From Bacteroidetes bacterium UBA2475 (GTDB lineage Bacteria > Bacteroidota > Bacteroidia > B-17B0 > Aurantibacillaceae), in NCBI GenBank assembly GCA_002342065.1, contig DDPF01000010.1, forward strand, positions 327,507-391,506: 64,000 bases of DNA. The letters are read 5' to 3'. How positions within the stretch are numbered: the first letter of the stretch is position 1; each line of letters begins with the position of its first letter. The notes beneath the pieces are model-generated. The model worked only from the letters and a program-made list of their open reading frames with translations. It was not told the origin of the DNA and made no database searches. Positions 1 to 9,884 of this stretch are shown piece by piece. The translations under genes were made by a program, and so were the position numbers.

Positions 1-1693
1 ATTCACTCGTCTCTAAAGTTGAAACTAATTTAGAAGTACTTTGAGGGTCTACTTGTTTTTGATTTAATACGGTAGTAATTTTTTCACGTGAAAGATCTGC
101 AACAGGAATATTTAATTTATTACCAATATAGCTATTCAATGCTGTTAAAATTTCCGTGTAAAACTCATCCTTTTTATTTTGTTGCATTAATTTCTCAGCA
201 TTCACTAATTGTTTTTTGGCTAGTTTAGCGGCTTTACGTTCTTTCACTAAAACAGCGTTACTGTTATTCTTAATATAATTCCTTCTTAAGAATAAACCTG
301 TTCCTAAAGCCAATAAAGGCAAGATCAATAATAAAATGTGCTTCGATGAATTAAAAAATTCAGTTTCAGACTTTAGTAAAACAAAATCTCCTTTTTTAAT
401 ATAGCGGATATCGTTCTCGGTTTCTTTTACCTGGCTTTGTTGAATATAAACCTGCGCGCCTTTACTGTTGGGATCCGCAGGCAATACGTTGATCTTAATT
501 TCAGGTGCAGGAATAGTGATATACTTTTTCTGTTCTAAACTAAAATAAGAAAAATCAAGATTCTCTAGTTTAAATTCCCCTTCACTTCTTGCAATAATTA
601 GATAATCAAATGTTTTTGTATTTCCAGCTTCTGAGATCTTTGGATCGTAGGTCTCGAAACTCTCTGGTAAACTTAATTTAGGCGCATCTATTAATTTTAT
701 ATTTCCTTTTCCACTGATGGTCATTTTTAAATTAAAGGCATCGTTCGCTTTTAACTCATTACGCGTAGTTGCAACTTTGTATGAGAAATCACCAACCGCT
801 CCGTAATAGCTTGCCGGACGGCCCGCTTGTGGCACATCTAAAACTTCAACAACCAACGATTTACTTTTTACATTAACCGGAACATCTTCATAACCCGCAG
901 AACCGAAAAACTGCTCAAATATATTTTTTGGTTTTGCATTTGTTTGTCTTCTCACTACAACATCTCCTTCAACCGGACTCAAACTTATCTTCCCTGTTTT
1001 ATTTGCAATGGCAGAGCTACGGAATAATTCGTAAGTATAATAATTAACACCATCTACGTTCTCAACAATTGCTTGTCCTTTGCTAGTAGATTCCTGCGCT
1101 TGCGAATAAAAGCCATCGTATGTTGGTTGAGCAAATTTTTGGAAACCGATCATTTGCAAACGCGAGTATATTTTTTGAGTGATAGTAACCTGCTCGCCAA
1201 CGTAACATTTATTTTTACTTACACCGGTTCTTATAAACACATCGCCGCCACTTACTTTACTACTATACTTTGGATCATCCGTTGGATTTGTAGAAGTTTG
1301 ATTACCCGCTGCACCTTTAACAACCTCCAATGTTATTGGATTGGTTTCTAATTTTTGTCCACCGGATACAACACTTGCTGAGCCAATAGTAACTTTGCCT
1401 TCTTTTTTAGGAATCAAGCCGTAAGAAATAACTGCCTGTGAGGTAATAACACCATTGTTATTTTGAACACTATTTGTTTGGTTTGGACCACTTATAACAT
1501 CAAACTCTTTAAAGCTTGGAGGAGTATAATTTGTTGCATTAACAGTAACAACAACAGCAAACTCAAAAGGAACACCAACCTGCACGCGTTTTGAACTTAC
1601 CTGCGAATAAAAACTTTGTGCCTGTGCTGAAATAATAAAAAGGCAAGACACTACTAATAGTATCAATTTACTTTTTATTTTGTTGGTTATCAT
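1..1693 (-). CDS. batD: BatD family protein (partial, 3' end runs off the window)
   Basis: Not in the ORF track; translated by hand from ATG at 1693: MITNKIKSKLILLVVSCLFIISAQAQSFYSQVSSKRVQVGVPFEFAVVV...SGPNQ... It has a signal peptide, the same frame is open at the left edge (...KLVSTLETSE), and it follows batC. Confidence 0.85.
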   Translation of the reverse strand, partial: MITNKIKSKLILLVVSCLFIISAQAQSFYSQVSSKRVQVGVPFEFAVVVTVNATNYTPPSFKEFDVISGPNQTNSVQNNNGVITSQAVISYGLIPKKEGKVTIGSASVVSGGQKLETNPITLEVVKGAAGNQTSTNPTDDPKYSSKVSGGDVFIRTGVSKNKCYVGEQVTITQKIYSRLQMIGFQKFAQPTYDGFYSQAQESTSKGQAIVENVDGVNYYTYELFRSSAIANKTGKISLSPVEGDVVVRRQTNAKPKNIFEQFFGSAGYEDVPVNVKSKSLVVEVLDVPQAGRPASYYGAVGDFSYKVATTRNELKANDAFNLKMTISGKGNIKLIDAPKLSLPESFETYDPKISEAGNTKTFDYLIIARSEGEFKLENLDFSYFSLEQKKYITIPAPEIKINVLPADPNSKGAQVYIQQSQVKETENDIRYIKKGDFVLLKSETEFFNSSKHILLLILPLLALGTGLFLRRNYIKNNSNAVLVKERKAAKLAKKQLVNAEKLMQQNKKDEFYTEILTALNSYIGNKLNIPVADLSREKITTVLNQKQVDPQSTSKLVSTLETSE

Positions 1694-1713
1694 TTTTAGT
1701 TTCTAATGTATAT

Positions 1714-2469
1714 TTACCAATCTTTATCTACAGATGTTTTTCCGGCATCTTCCTGCTTTTGTTTACGTTTATCCTGTAGTTTCTTTTCCTGGTTCATTAA
1801 TGCTTTTAATAATTGTTCTGCCTGATCTTTATTCATTTGATTTTGTTGAGGCGCGGCATTTTTCTTCGGATCTTTTTTATCCTCTTCTTTTGGATTACCG
1901 CTGCCGCCGCCGCCTTTTTTATCTTTAGGCATATTTTTTAACGCGTACGCAAGGTTGTAGCGCGTTTCTTCATCTTTTGGATTGAACTTCAAAGATTTTT
2001 TGTACGCATCAACTGCCTGGCCATAATCTTTCTTTTGTAAATAACAGTTACCTATATTATGCCATGCCTGGTGTAAAGTATCTTTATTTGAAATTGAATT
2101 GGCAACCTGCGCAAAACTTTGTGCAGCTTCATCAAAGACCAAACCGGCTAAAGAATCAGGAGTAACTTTTTTTCCACCCTGAATAAAATTTTGTTTGCTT
2201 GCTTTTATCTGCAAGGCATTTTTATATAAAGAATTCCCTAAGTTAAAATTTGCTTTTTGATTATTAGGATTAACCTTTAACGCTTCCCTGTAACGATCTG
2301 TAGCGTCAATCGTTCTTCCTTCGTAATACAAATTATTACCGTCATATATATTCATAGCGTCTTTTTGCCCCAACAACAAACCTGTTGCAAAGAACAAACA
2401 CATAACTACAAAATATTTGATACTATTTAACTGCATTTCCAAATAAATTAATTTTTTTAAACCACTCAC
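1714..2469 (-). CDS. batC: BatC tetratricopeptide repeat protein
   Basis: TPR motifs (ANFNLGNSLY, AWHNIGNCY, TRYNLAYA), low-complexity linker and C-terminal 'VDKDW'. The real start may be the second Met at about 2436. Confidence 0.85.
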   Translation of the reverse strand: MSGLKKLIYLEMQLNSIKYFVVMCLFFATGLLLGQKDAMNIYDGNNLYYEGRTIDATDRYREALKVNPNNQKANFNLGNSLYKNALQIKASKQNFIQGGKKVTPDSLAGLVFDEAAQSFAQVANSISNKDTLHQAWHNIGNCYLQKKDYGQAVDAYKKSLKFNPKDEETRYNLAYALKNMPKDKKGGGGSGNPKEEDKKDPKKNAAPQQNQMNKDQAEQLLKALMNQEKKLQDKRKQKQEDAGKTSVDKDW

Positions 2470-3463
2470 TTACTCTTTCACTTATTAAAAATTCAATAAA
2501 AAATAAAATTAAAGCCAAACCTAAGAACCATTGGAACTGGTCTTCATAATCTGTATACATTTTATTTTCAATTTGCGCTTTATCCAACTCACTTATTTTA
2601 TCAAGAACCGCTCCTAAGCCAACATCGGCCTGACTAGCCTGAACAAACACACCATTTGCTTTTGATGCAATGGATTTTAGAAGATTTACATTTAATTTCG
2701 TGATAACCGTTTGTCCTTCCTTATCTTTTCGGTAACCTTTAACAACGCCATTTTCAATCAAAGGAATTGGAACACCTTTTTCAGATCCAATACCAATAGT
2801 GCTTATCATTATCCCTTTTTTGTTTGCATCTTCAGCCGCTTTCAATGCTTCCGAATCGTGGTTCTCGCCATCAGTAATTAAAATAATGGCCCTGTTCTTA
2901 CCCTCATCGCTACTAAATGATTCGGAGGCTTTAATGATCGCATCAGAAACATTTGTTCCTTGCACAGGAACCATTCCAGGACCAATAGATTCTAAAAATA
3001 ATTTTGCAGCGCTATAATCGCTTGTTATTGGTAATTGAACGTAAGCTTCTCCTGCAAAGATCACTAAACCTAAACGATCTCCTTCAAGGCCATCGATCAT
3101 TTTCTCTAAAGCATATTTAGCACGCGTTAAACGGTCAGGACTGAGATCCTGTGCCATCATACTATTACTAACGTCAATACAAACAATGATATCTGCGCCT
3201 TCACGTTTTACTTCAGTTAATTTACTTCCTGTTTGCAGATTGCATAATGCAATTACAAGACTGCTAAAGCCTAACATAAATAAAATAACTTTTATAATGC
3301 GTTTACGTCTACTTGAATAAGGAATTAATTCACTGATCAATTTTGCTTCGCCCAAACGTTTTAATTTTTTTCGACGCGATACAAAATACCATATTACCAG
3401 TATCAGCATCACCGGTAATGCGGCAAAAGCGTAAAAGTAAATAGTATGTTCAAATTTAAACAT
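2423..3463 (-). CDS. batB: BatB von Willebrand factor A domain membrane protein
   Basis: N-terminal TM segments, VWA MIDAS 'DVSNSM', 'LITDGE', position in the bat operon. Confidence 0.9.
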   Translation of the reverse strand: MFKFEHTIYFYAFAALPVMLILVIWYFVSRRKKLKRLGEAKLISELIPYSSRRKRIIKVILFMLGFSSLVIALCNLQTGSKLTEVKREGADIIVCIDVSNSMMAQDLSPDRLTRAKYALEKMIDGLEGDRLGLVIFAGEAYVQLPITSDYSAAKLFLESIGPGMVPVQGTNVSDAIIKASESFSSDEGKNRAIILITDGENHDSEALKAAEDANKKGIMISTIGIGSEKGVPIPLIENGVVKGYRKDKEGQTVITKLNVNLLKSIASKANGVFVQASQADVGLGAVLDKISELDKAQIENKMYTDYEDQFQWFLGLALILFFIEFLISERVSEWFKKINLFGNAVK

Positions 3464-4473
3464 TATGGTACCGCTCTAAATATAGTATAACGTAATAAAA
3501 ATTCTAATAACAATAATATTGCTGCGCCAAGGGCTAATGGTAAAAAATGTTCGGATTTATTTGTAAAACTTTTTTCGCTTACGATCGTTTTTTCCATTTT
3601 ATCAATTTCCTGGTAAATGTTCACTAAACTTTCTTTGTTAGTTGCTCTAAAATATTGTCCGCCGGTCATTTCAGAAATTTCTGTCATTACTTTTTCGTCC
3701 ACATCAACATCTACATAATCATACTCATATTCTCCCGGAGCATAAATAGCAACTGGTTGTAACGCTTTTCCTTTTGAACCAACACCAATGCAATACACGC
3801 GAATACCGTAAGTTTTAGCTAGTTCTCCTGCTGTAAGTGGCGCTACTTCACCAACGTTATTTACACCATCACTAACAAAAACAATTACTTTACTTTTTGC
3901 TTTACTTTCTTTTATACGTGCCACAGCAGTTGCCAAACCTAAACCAATGGCAGTTCCCTGATCTAACGAACCGGCTTTAACCTGGGTGAACATATTCTTT
4001 AAAACCTTGTGATCACTTGTTAACGGACATTGTGTAAATGCAACACCTCCGAATATTACCAAGCCAATTCTATCATTCGGACGCGCATCAATAAAATCAA
4101 CAATAACATCCTTTGCAACATCCATCCTGTTTGGCTTAAAATCTTTTGCAAGCATAGATAAAGAAACGTCTAATGATATGACGATATCAATTCCTTCAGT
4201 TTTACTATCCTTCCAGCTACTGCGCGATTGCGGTCTCGCCAAAGCAGCAATGATCAAAGCAAAAGCCATTAAACGTAAAGCAAATAATGAATGACGAAAT
4301 TTTGCTTTACCTGAAGATCTTATTTTATGAAATAAAGCAAACGAAGAATAATTGAATTCACCTTCGCGTTTCTTTAAACGAATAATGTACCAGATGATCA
4401 TTAATGGCAAGAGGCACATTAACCAAAACCAATGCTTTTCTGCAAACTGAATATCGTTAAAATAACTTATCAC
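3463..4473 (-). CDS. batA: BatA von Willebrand factor A domain membrane protein
   Basis: 'LARPQ', MIDAS 'DVSLSM', 'SDGVNN', N- and C-terminal TM segments. Confidence 0.9.
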   Translation of the reverse strand: MISYFNDIQFAEKHWFWLMCLLPLMIIWYIIRLKKREGEFNYSSFALFHKIRSSGKAKFRHSLFALRLMAFALIIAALARPQSRSSWKDSKTEGIDIVISLDVSLSMLAKDFKPNRMDVAKDVIVDFIDARPNDRIGLVIFGGVAFTQCPLTSDHKVLKNMFTQVKAGSLDQGTAIGLGLATAVARIKESKAKSKVIVFVSDGVNNVGEVAPLTAGELAKTYGIRVYCIGVGSKGKALQPVAIYAPGEYEYDYVDVDVDEKVMTEISEMTGGQYFRATNKESLVNIYQEIDKMEKTIVSEKSFTNKSEHFLPLALGAAILLLLEFLLRYTIFRAVP

Positions 4474-5459
4474 TGGGTTGGTTGATTATTAGTTTGAGGT
4501 TCGGGTATAGTAATTTCTTCTTCACGCTTGGTTCCATTCACAAAATCGAAAGCATTTTGTAAAGTGAATTTATGTTCATCTTCTATTGGCGTTAATTTTG
4601 CAAATTTCACAAGGTCACTTAAGGTTAATGTTTGCTCTAATTTTTCTTTGCTCTGTTTATCTACAACTTGCGTCCTGAATGCTTTCATGATCTCATCCGT
4701 TGTACTTTCTAAAGCGTTTACATTAAAGCGTTCTTCGATATATAAACGAACCGCATCCGAAATAGATGAATAGTATTCTTTTACCTGCCCTTCTTTCCAG
4801 ACCTGTTCTTCTTTTATCTTTTCTAAGCTTGCAAGCGCAGTAATATGTGCCGGGATCTTCGGCTTCTCGGGTATAATAACAACCTGTTTGTTTCGTTTTG
4901 TAAAGTAAACCGTGAGAAGTATTATAGCCGTAATAAAAACAATTATTCCTATGCCCCAATAAATATAATCAAGGTACCATTTCCAGTTAAACTCTTCATT
5001 AAAAGGTGGCTTTATGTCTTTTGTTTTTGTAGCACTGGTATCTGTTGGGACTGTATGAACTTCTAGCAAAAGTGTTTCTGTAAAGAACGGTCGCGTAGTA
5101 TCATCATTTACAATAAATTTAAAACCCGGCACTGCAAAATAACCGCTGTCGTAAGCGCTTACTAAAATTTGTTGATGCTGCTGGTAAATGGTGGGATTAT
5201 TTTTATCAGGAATTGTAGTATCAATTGGAGTAATAGAAACAACTTCGACTTTGCCCGTAATGGTATCGCCAATAGAAGGCCATTGAATCTTAAGATCGCG
5301 CTGTGACGCATCGTAGTTTACATACAGATCTAACTTAACCTGCTCGCCGATCCTGATCTTAGAAGAATCTAAAACAGCACTTACCCTAATTTGTCCAAGA
5401 AAAATATTGGAACAAAAAATTAAGATCGCAACAAAAAGTATATGTTTGAGATTTTTCAA
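4470..5459 (-). CDS. Conserved bat-locus membrane protein (signal peptide, Ig-like region, one TM)
   Basis: Lies between DUF58 and batA; signal peptide, central TM, C-terminal 'LSDLVKFAK' motif typical of this gene position. Confidence 0.75.
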   Translation of the reverse strand: MKNLKHILFVAILIFCSNIFLGQIRVSAVLDSSKIRIGEQVKLDLYVNYDASQRDLKIQWPSIGDTITGKVEVVSITPIDTTIPDKNNPTIYQQHQQILVSAYDSGYFAVPGFKFIVNDDTTRPFFTETLLLEVHTVPTDTSATKTKDIKPPFNEEFNWKWYLDYIYWGIGIIVFITAIILLTVYFTKRNKQVVIIPEKPKIPAHITALASLEKIKEEQVWKEGQVKEYYSSISDAVRLYIEERFNVNALESTTDEIMKAFRTQVVDKQSKEKLEQTLTLSDLVKFAKLTPIEDEHKFTLQNAFDFVNGTKREEEITIPEPQTNNQPTQ

Positions 5460-5461
5460 TT

Positions 5462-6328
5462 CTAACGATTCTTAAATAAATTCATTAAAGGCTTAACATA
5501 ATTTTCGTGCGTAAAAATATTTGTAGCATCTACCCCACTCCTGTTAAAGATATCTTTCAGGTTCTCTTCAAATTTCAAATGGTTAACAGCAAATTGTTTC
5601 CTGAATGTTTTATCGCTTGTATCCACCCACATTATTTTTCCCGACTCGTTATCTTTTAATTTTATCAAGCCCACATTCGGCAATTCCGTTTCAGACTTAT
5701 CTACAATACGTAAAGCAACCAGATCATGTTTTTTATTGGCGATCTTTAAAGCATCTTTATAATCTGAATCCGCAAAAAAATCGCTTATCAAGAACACGAT
5801 ACTTTTTTTCTTGATAAGGTTGGTTAAATATTTCAAAGCCACTTCTAGATTTGTTTTTTTATTCTGAGGTTTAAATTCAAGAAGTTCCCTGATAATTCTT
5901 AATACGTGCGACTTTCCCTTTTTTGGCGGAATAAACTTTTCGATCTTATCGCTAAAAAATATCACCCCAATTTTATCATTATTTTGTGCTGCAGAAAAAG
6001 CAACAACCGCACAAAGCTCTGTAATTAATTCTTGTTTAAATTGTTTGTTCGTTCCAAAAGCACCACTGGCACTTACGTCCACCACCAATACAACACTTAA
6101 CTCTCTTTCTTCTTCAAAAACTTTTACGAATGGTGTACTGAATCTTGCGGTAACGTTCCAGTCAATTGTTCTTACATCATCACCTGGTGTATATTCGCGA
6201 ACTTCAGAAAAGGCCATACCTCTACCTTTAAAAGCGCTATGATATTCTCCCGAAAAGATCTGACTGCTCAAACCACGGGTCTTAATTTCAATTTTGCGTA
6301 CTTTTTTTAAAAGTTCTGAGGTTTCCAC
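5462..6328 (-). CDS. DUF58 domain protein (MoxR partner)
   Basis: 'FSEVREYTPGDDVRTIDWNVTAR', 'FEEEREL'; GTG start. Confidence 0.9.
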   Translation of the reverse strand: METSELLKKVRKIEIKTRGLSSQIFSGEYHSAFKGRGMAFSEVREYTPGDDVRTIDWNVTARFSTPFVKVFEEERELSVVLVVDVSASGAFGTNKQFKQELITELCAVVAFSAAQNNDKIGVIFFSDKIEKFIPPKKGKSHVLRIIRELLEFKPQNKKTNLEVALKYLTNLIKKKSIVFLISDFFADSDYKDALKIANKKHDLVALRIVDKSETELPNVGLIKLKDNESGKIMWVDTSDKTFRKQFAVNHLKFEENLKDIFNRSGVDATNIFTHENYVKPLMNLFKNR

Positions 6329-6408
6329 TTGAAATAATTTTAAATTTTAGATTCTAAATTTTAAATGGTGAATTAAATTTATAATACAACATTTATAATT
6401 TAACATCC

Positions 6409-7398
6409 CTAAGGAACTTCAACTGTATTTAAAATTTCGGTAATGATATTTTCTGAAGTAATGTTCTCAGCTTCGGCTTCGTAAGTTAAACCAATACGAT
6501 GACGCATTACATCTGTGCAGATTGCGCGAACGTCTTCAGGAATTACATAACCACGACGTTTAATAAAAGCATATGCTTTTGCAGCTAAAGCTAAATTTAT
6601 ACTTGCACGGGGCGATCCACCGTAAGAAATTAAACCTTCAAATTTTTGAAGCTTATAATCTTTAGGAAAACGTGATGCAAAAACAATATCAACAATATAT
6701 CTTTCGATCTTCTCATCCATGTAAACATCTTTAACCACGGCACGTGCTTTTACAATTGCTTCAGGAGAAAGAACAGAATTTACCTGCGGCATACCGCTTG
6801 GTTGAATATTAGATGTAATAATTTTACGCTCATCTTCTTTTGTAGGATAACCTATCACAACTTTAAGCATAAAACGATCCATTTGTGCTTCAGGTAAAGG
6901 ATAAGTTCCTTCCTGCTCAATTGGGTTTTGAGTTGCAAGCACTAAAAAAGGATTTGGTAATTTAAATGTTTGATCGCCAATAGTAACCTGCTTTTCCTGC
7001 ATAGCCTCTAACAGCGCTGATTGAACCTTTGCCGGGGCACGATTGATCTCATCGGCCAATACAAAGTTCGCAAAAATAGGTCCTTTACGAATAGAAAAAG
7101 CTTCCTGTTTTTGATTGTAGATCTGGGTACCAATAACGTCGGCCGGTAAAAGATCCGGAGTAAACTGGATACGGCTGAACTGGCCATCAACGCACTTTGC
7201 CAATGTATTAATAGCTAAAGTTTTTGCAAGTCCGGGAACACCTTCTAACAAGATGTGACCATTACTTAATAAGCCGATCAACAAACGCTCGACCATACTC
7301 TTTTGACCAATAATAACTTTGTCCATTTCAACAGTTAGTATGTCTACAAAGGCACTTTCCTGCTGAATTCGTTCGTTAATTTCTTTAATATCTACCAT
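6409..7398 (-). CDS. moxR: MoxR family AAA+ ATPase
   Basis: Walker A 'GVPGLAKT', 'RIQFTPDLLPAD', Walker B 'LADEINRAPAKVQSALLEAM'. Confidence 0.95.
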   Translation of the reverse strand: MVDIKEINERIQQESAFVDILTVEMDKVIIGQKSMVERLLIGLLSNGHILLEGVPGLAKTLAINTLAKCVDGQFSRIQFTPDLLPADVIGTQIYNQKQEAFSIRKGPIFANFVLADEINRAPAKVQSALLEAMQEKQVTIGDQTFKLPNPFLVLATQNPIEQEGTYPLPEAQMDRFMLKVVIGYPTKEDERKIITSNIQPSGMPQVNSVLSPEAIVKARAVVKDVYMDEKIERYIVDIVFASRFPKDYKLQKFEGLISYGGSPRASINLALAAKAYAFIKRRGYVIPEDVRAICTDVMRHRIGLTYEAEAENITSENIITEILNTVEVP

Positions 7399-7498
7399 AA
7401 ATCTATTTTATTAGAATAACAGGTAAAGATAACATTGGTGAGGGTTTACAAAGATTTTATTGTAGTTAAAATATGTTAACTAGACTCTTAAAAAAATT

Positions 7499-7530
7499 AA
7501 AGGAAACATGGGGAATTCGTTTCCTTTTTT
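7499..7530 (-). terminator. Intrinsic terminator after pdxA
   Basis: Hairpin AAAGGAAAC/GTTTCCTTT followed by a T-rich tract on the minus strand, directly after the pdxA stop. Confidence 0.65.
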
Positions 7531-7533
7531 GGG

Positions 7534-8586
7534 CTATCTTTCTTTCTTAATTGTTCCGATATGGAGTGGATTTTCAGTTATTTCTCCATATAATTTCCGG
7601 TTCTTAAAAATATCAATTGCAGCATATAACGCCTTTTTAAATGACTGCTCATTGGCTTTATTTTTTCCTGCAATATCATAACCAGTACCATGGTCGGGGC
7701 TTGTTCTCACTACATTTAAGCCAGCTGTAAAATTTACACCTTCGTTAAAAGCAATGGTCTTAAAAGGTATCAAACCCTGGTCGTGATACATTGCTAAAAC
7801 AGCGTCGAATTGCTTGTAAGTTCCGTTCCCGAAAAAGCCATCAGCAGAATATGGCCCATATACCAAACCGTTTGTTTTTGTCTTTTCAATTGCAGGAATA
7901 ATGATCTCTTTATCCTCATTTCCAATTGCACCACCATCGCCCGCATGTGGATTTAGACCTAATACTGCAATTTTTGGTTTACGAATAGCAAAATCTTTGA
8001 CCATTGATTCGTGCAATTGAATTATTTTGTTCGATACTCCATCAATAGTTAGTTTGGAGGCAACATCTTTTAAAGGAACATGACCCGTTGCAACTGCAAT
8101 ACGTAAACCACTTTCAGAACACATTAACATTAAAGGATCGCCGGAAAATTTTGAACCTAAATATTCTGTATGACCAACAAATTTAAAATCCTCGCTTTGG
8201 ATATTACTTTTATTAATAGGTGCGGTTACAAGAGCATCAATATGTTTATCAAACAAAGCCATGCTGGCTTTTTCAAGAGAGATGAATGCGTATTTTCCGC
8301 TCACGTCTGTTGCCTTTCCCATTTCAATATTCACCTCTTCTTCATAACAAACAAAAACATTTACTTTTCTGGCGCTCAGTTGCGAAAAATCGCGCATAGG
8401 ATTAAAACTAAATTCTTCTAATCCTAAAACTTTTCTGTAATACGAAACTGTTTTTTGCGAGCTAAATAACACAGGAGTGCAAATATCTGCAATGCCCGGT
8501 TCCATTAAAGTTTTTAAAACAACTTCTAAACCTATTCCATTTATATCTCCCTGGGAGATGCCAACAATTACTTTATTCTCGATCAT
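7534..8586 (-). CDS. pdxA: 4-hydroxythreonine-4-phosphate dehydrogenase
   Basis: 'GDINGIG', 'LVTAPINK', 'GLNPHAGD', 'AMYHDQGLIPFK', 'RTSPDHGT'. Confidence 0.95.
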   Translation of the reverse strand: MIENKVIVGISQGDINGIGLEVVLKTLMEPGIADICTPVLFSSQKTVSYYRKVLGLEEFSFNPMRDFSQLSARKVNVFVCYEEEVNIEMGKATDVSGKYAFISLEKASMALFDKHIDALVTAPINKSNIQSEDFKFVGHTEYLGSKFSGDPLMLMCSESGLRIAVATGHVPLKDVASKLTIDGVSNKIIQLHESMVKDFAIRKPKIAVLGLNPHAGDGGAIGNEDKEIIIPAIEKTKTNGLVYGPYSADGFFGNGTYKQFDAVLAMYHDQGLIPFKTIAFNEGVNFTAGLNVVRTSPDHGTGYDIAGKNKANEQSFKKALYAAIDIFKNRKLYGEITENPLHIGTIKKER

Positions 8587-8588
8587 AA

Positions 8589-9875
8589 TTATTTAATTCC
8601 GTATTTAGTTTTGTATTTAAGGTACAATTCTGTTTGTTTATTTATAAGGTTAACGCTTTTTCCGGCAATATATGCTAAAACAATATTATTTGTTTTCATA
8701 TCTAAAATATCGCCATCACTAACAACTAACGAAGCTAATTTTCCTTCTTCAAGCGTGCCTGTTTCTTTCTCAATTCCTAAAATTTTTGCGGCATTATAAC
8801 TAATACTTGCAAGGGCTTGTTCTTTTGTAAGACCATAGGCAACAGCCACTCCGGCGTTAAACGGAAGGTTCCTGCTTTGCATCGCCTCCATATCTCCTTC
8901 TAATTGCAGGCAAAATAAAACACTGTCTTTTTGCAACAAATAAGGTGTACGATAAACAATATCCACATCATCATCAGCATTATCGGGAAGATCGTTCACA
9001 CGGTTTAACATTACCGGGATATTATTTTTCTTTAGAACTGAAGTGATCTTGTAAGACTCCTTGCCGCCTACTATTACAGGCTTTTTAATACTATATTTTT
9101 TTGCAAAGTTGATAGCACTTAAAATATCTTTTGCTTTTTCTGAGTGTAAATATAAATTAGCGGTGCCGTTAAAAACACCACGCATGGCTTCAAAACGAAT
9201 GTTTTTTTCGGCAGGTGTTGACATTAAACAATAAGCCTGCGCATCGGCAAAAAATTTATATAAGTAATTAATTTCAGTAGTGTAATTTTTATTTGTAGCA
9301 ACAGAAAGACCTTCTTCCTCAGTGAATTTACGTTTAACTGCTTTTGGGAAATTTAAATGAATACCGTCGTCAGCCTTTAGCACAGCATCTTCCCAGTTCC
9401 AACCTTCTAATGCCATAATTGAAGATGATCCACTAATTAATCCTTCACGCGGAGTTACTTGTGTGTATAGAATTCCGTTTGTTTTTACTGTTGGTATAAT
9501 TATGTTATCTGTATTGTAAGCAATTAATGTTCTGATATGTGGATTAATATTGCCCACCTCTGCAAAATCTTTTGTTGCTCTAACAGCTTCGGCATCGTGC
9601 AGACCAAGAATATTATTTGTATTAATTAAGCCCGGATAAATATGTTTACCCATAAGATCGATAACGGTATCGTAAGCACTTGGATTTAAACGTATGCCTG
9701 TAACACTGCTTACCATTTCTAATTTATTTTTATTGATAACAATTATACTGTTCTCAATTATATTTCCATTACCAATATGCGCAGTTGCATTAATTAAGGC
9801 AATGTGCGTATAGGTTTTTTGCGCTAAAGCATTTAAGCCAAGCATCAAAAAAATTATATATAATATGTTTTTCAT
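8589..9875 (-). CDS. Secreted amidohydrolase-family protein, probably non-catalytic
   Basis: Signal peptide and amidohydrolase fold ends ('TLEEGKLASLVV'); the metal-binding HxH is replaced ('PGLINTNN'). Confidence 0.75.
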   Translation of the reverse strand: MKNILYIIFLMLGLNALAQKTYTHIALINATAHIGNGNIIENSIIVINKNKLEMVSSVTGIRLNPSAYDTVIDLMGKHIYPGLINTNNILGLHDAEAVRATKDFAEVGNINPHIRTLIAYNTDNIIIPTVKTNGILYTQVTPREGLISGSSSIMALEGWNWEDAVLKADDGIHLNFPKAVKRKFTEEEGLSVATNKNYTTEINYLYKFFADAQAYCLMSTPAEKNIRFEAMRGVFNGTANLYLHSEKAKDILSAINFAKKYSIKKPVIVGGKESYKITSVLKKNNIPVMLNRVNDLPDNADDDVDIVYRTPYLLQKDSVLFCLQLEGDMEAMQSRNLPFNAGVAVAYGLTKEQALASISYNAAKILGIEKETGTLEEGKLASLVVSDGDILDMKTNNIVLAYIAGKSVNLINKQTELYLKYKTKYGIK

Positions 9876-9884
9876 AGATGTAAT

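Noticed and set aside
1073-1351. 92-aa plus-strand ORF
   Set aside because: Antisense shadow of batD, which the track missed because it runs off the window.
1-7398. moxR-DUF58-batABCD as a novel system
   Set aside because: This is a well-known conserved Bacteroidota operon.
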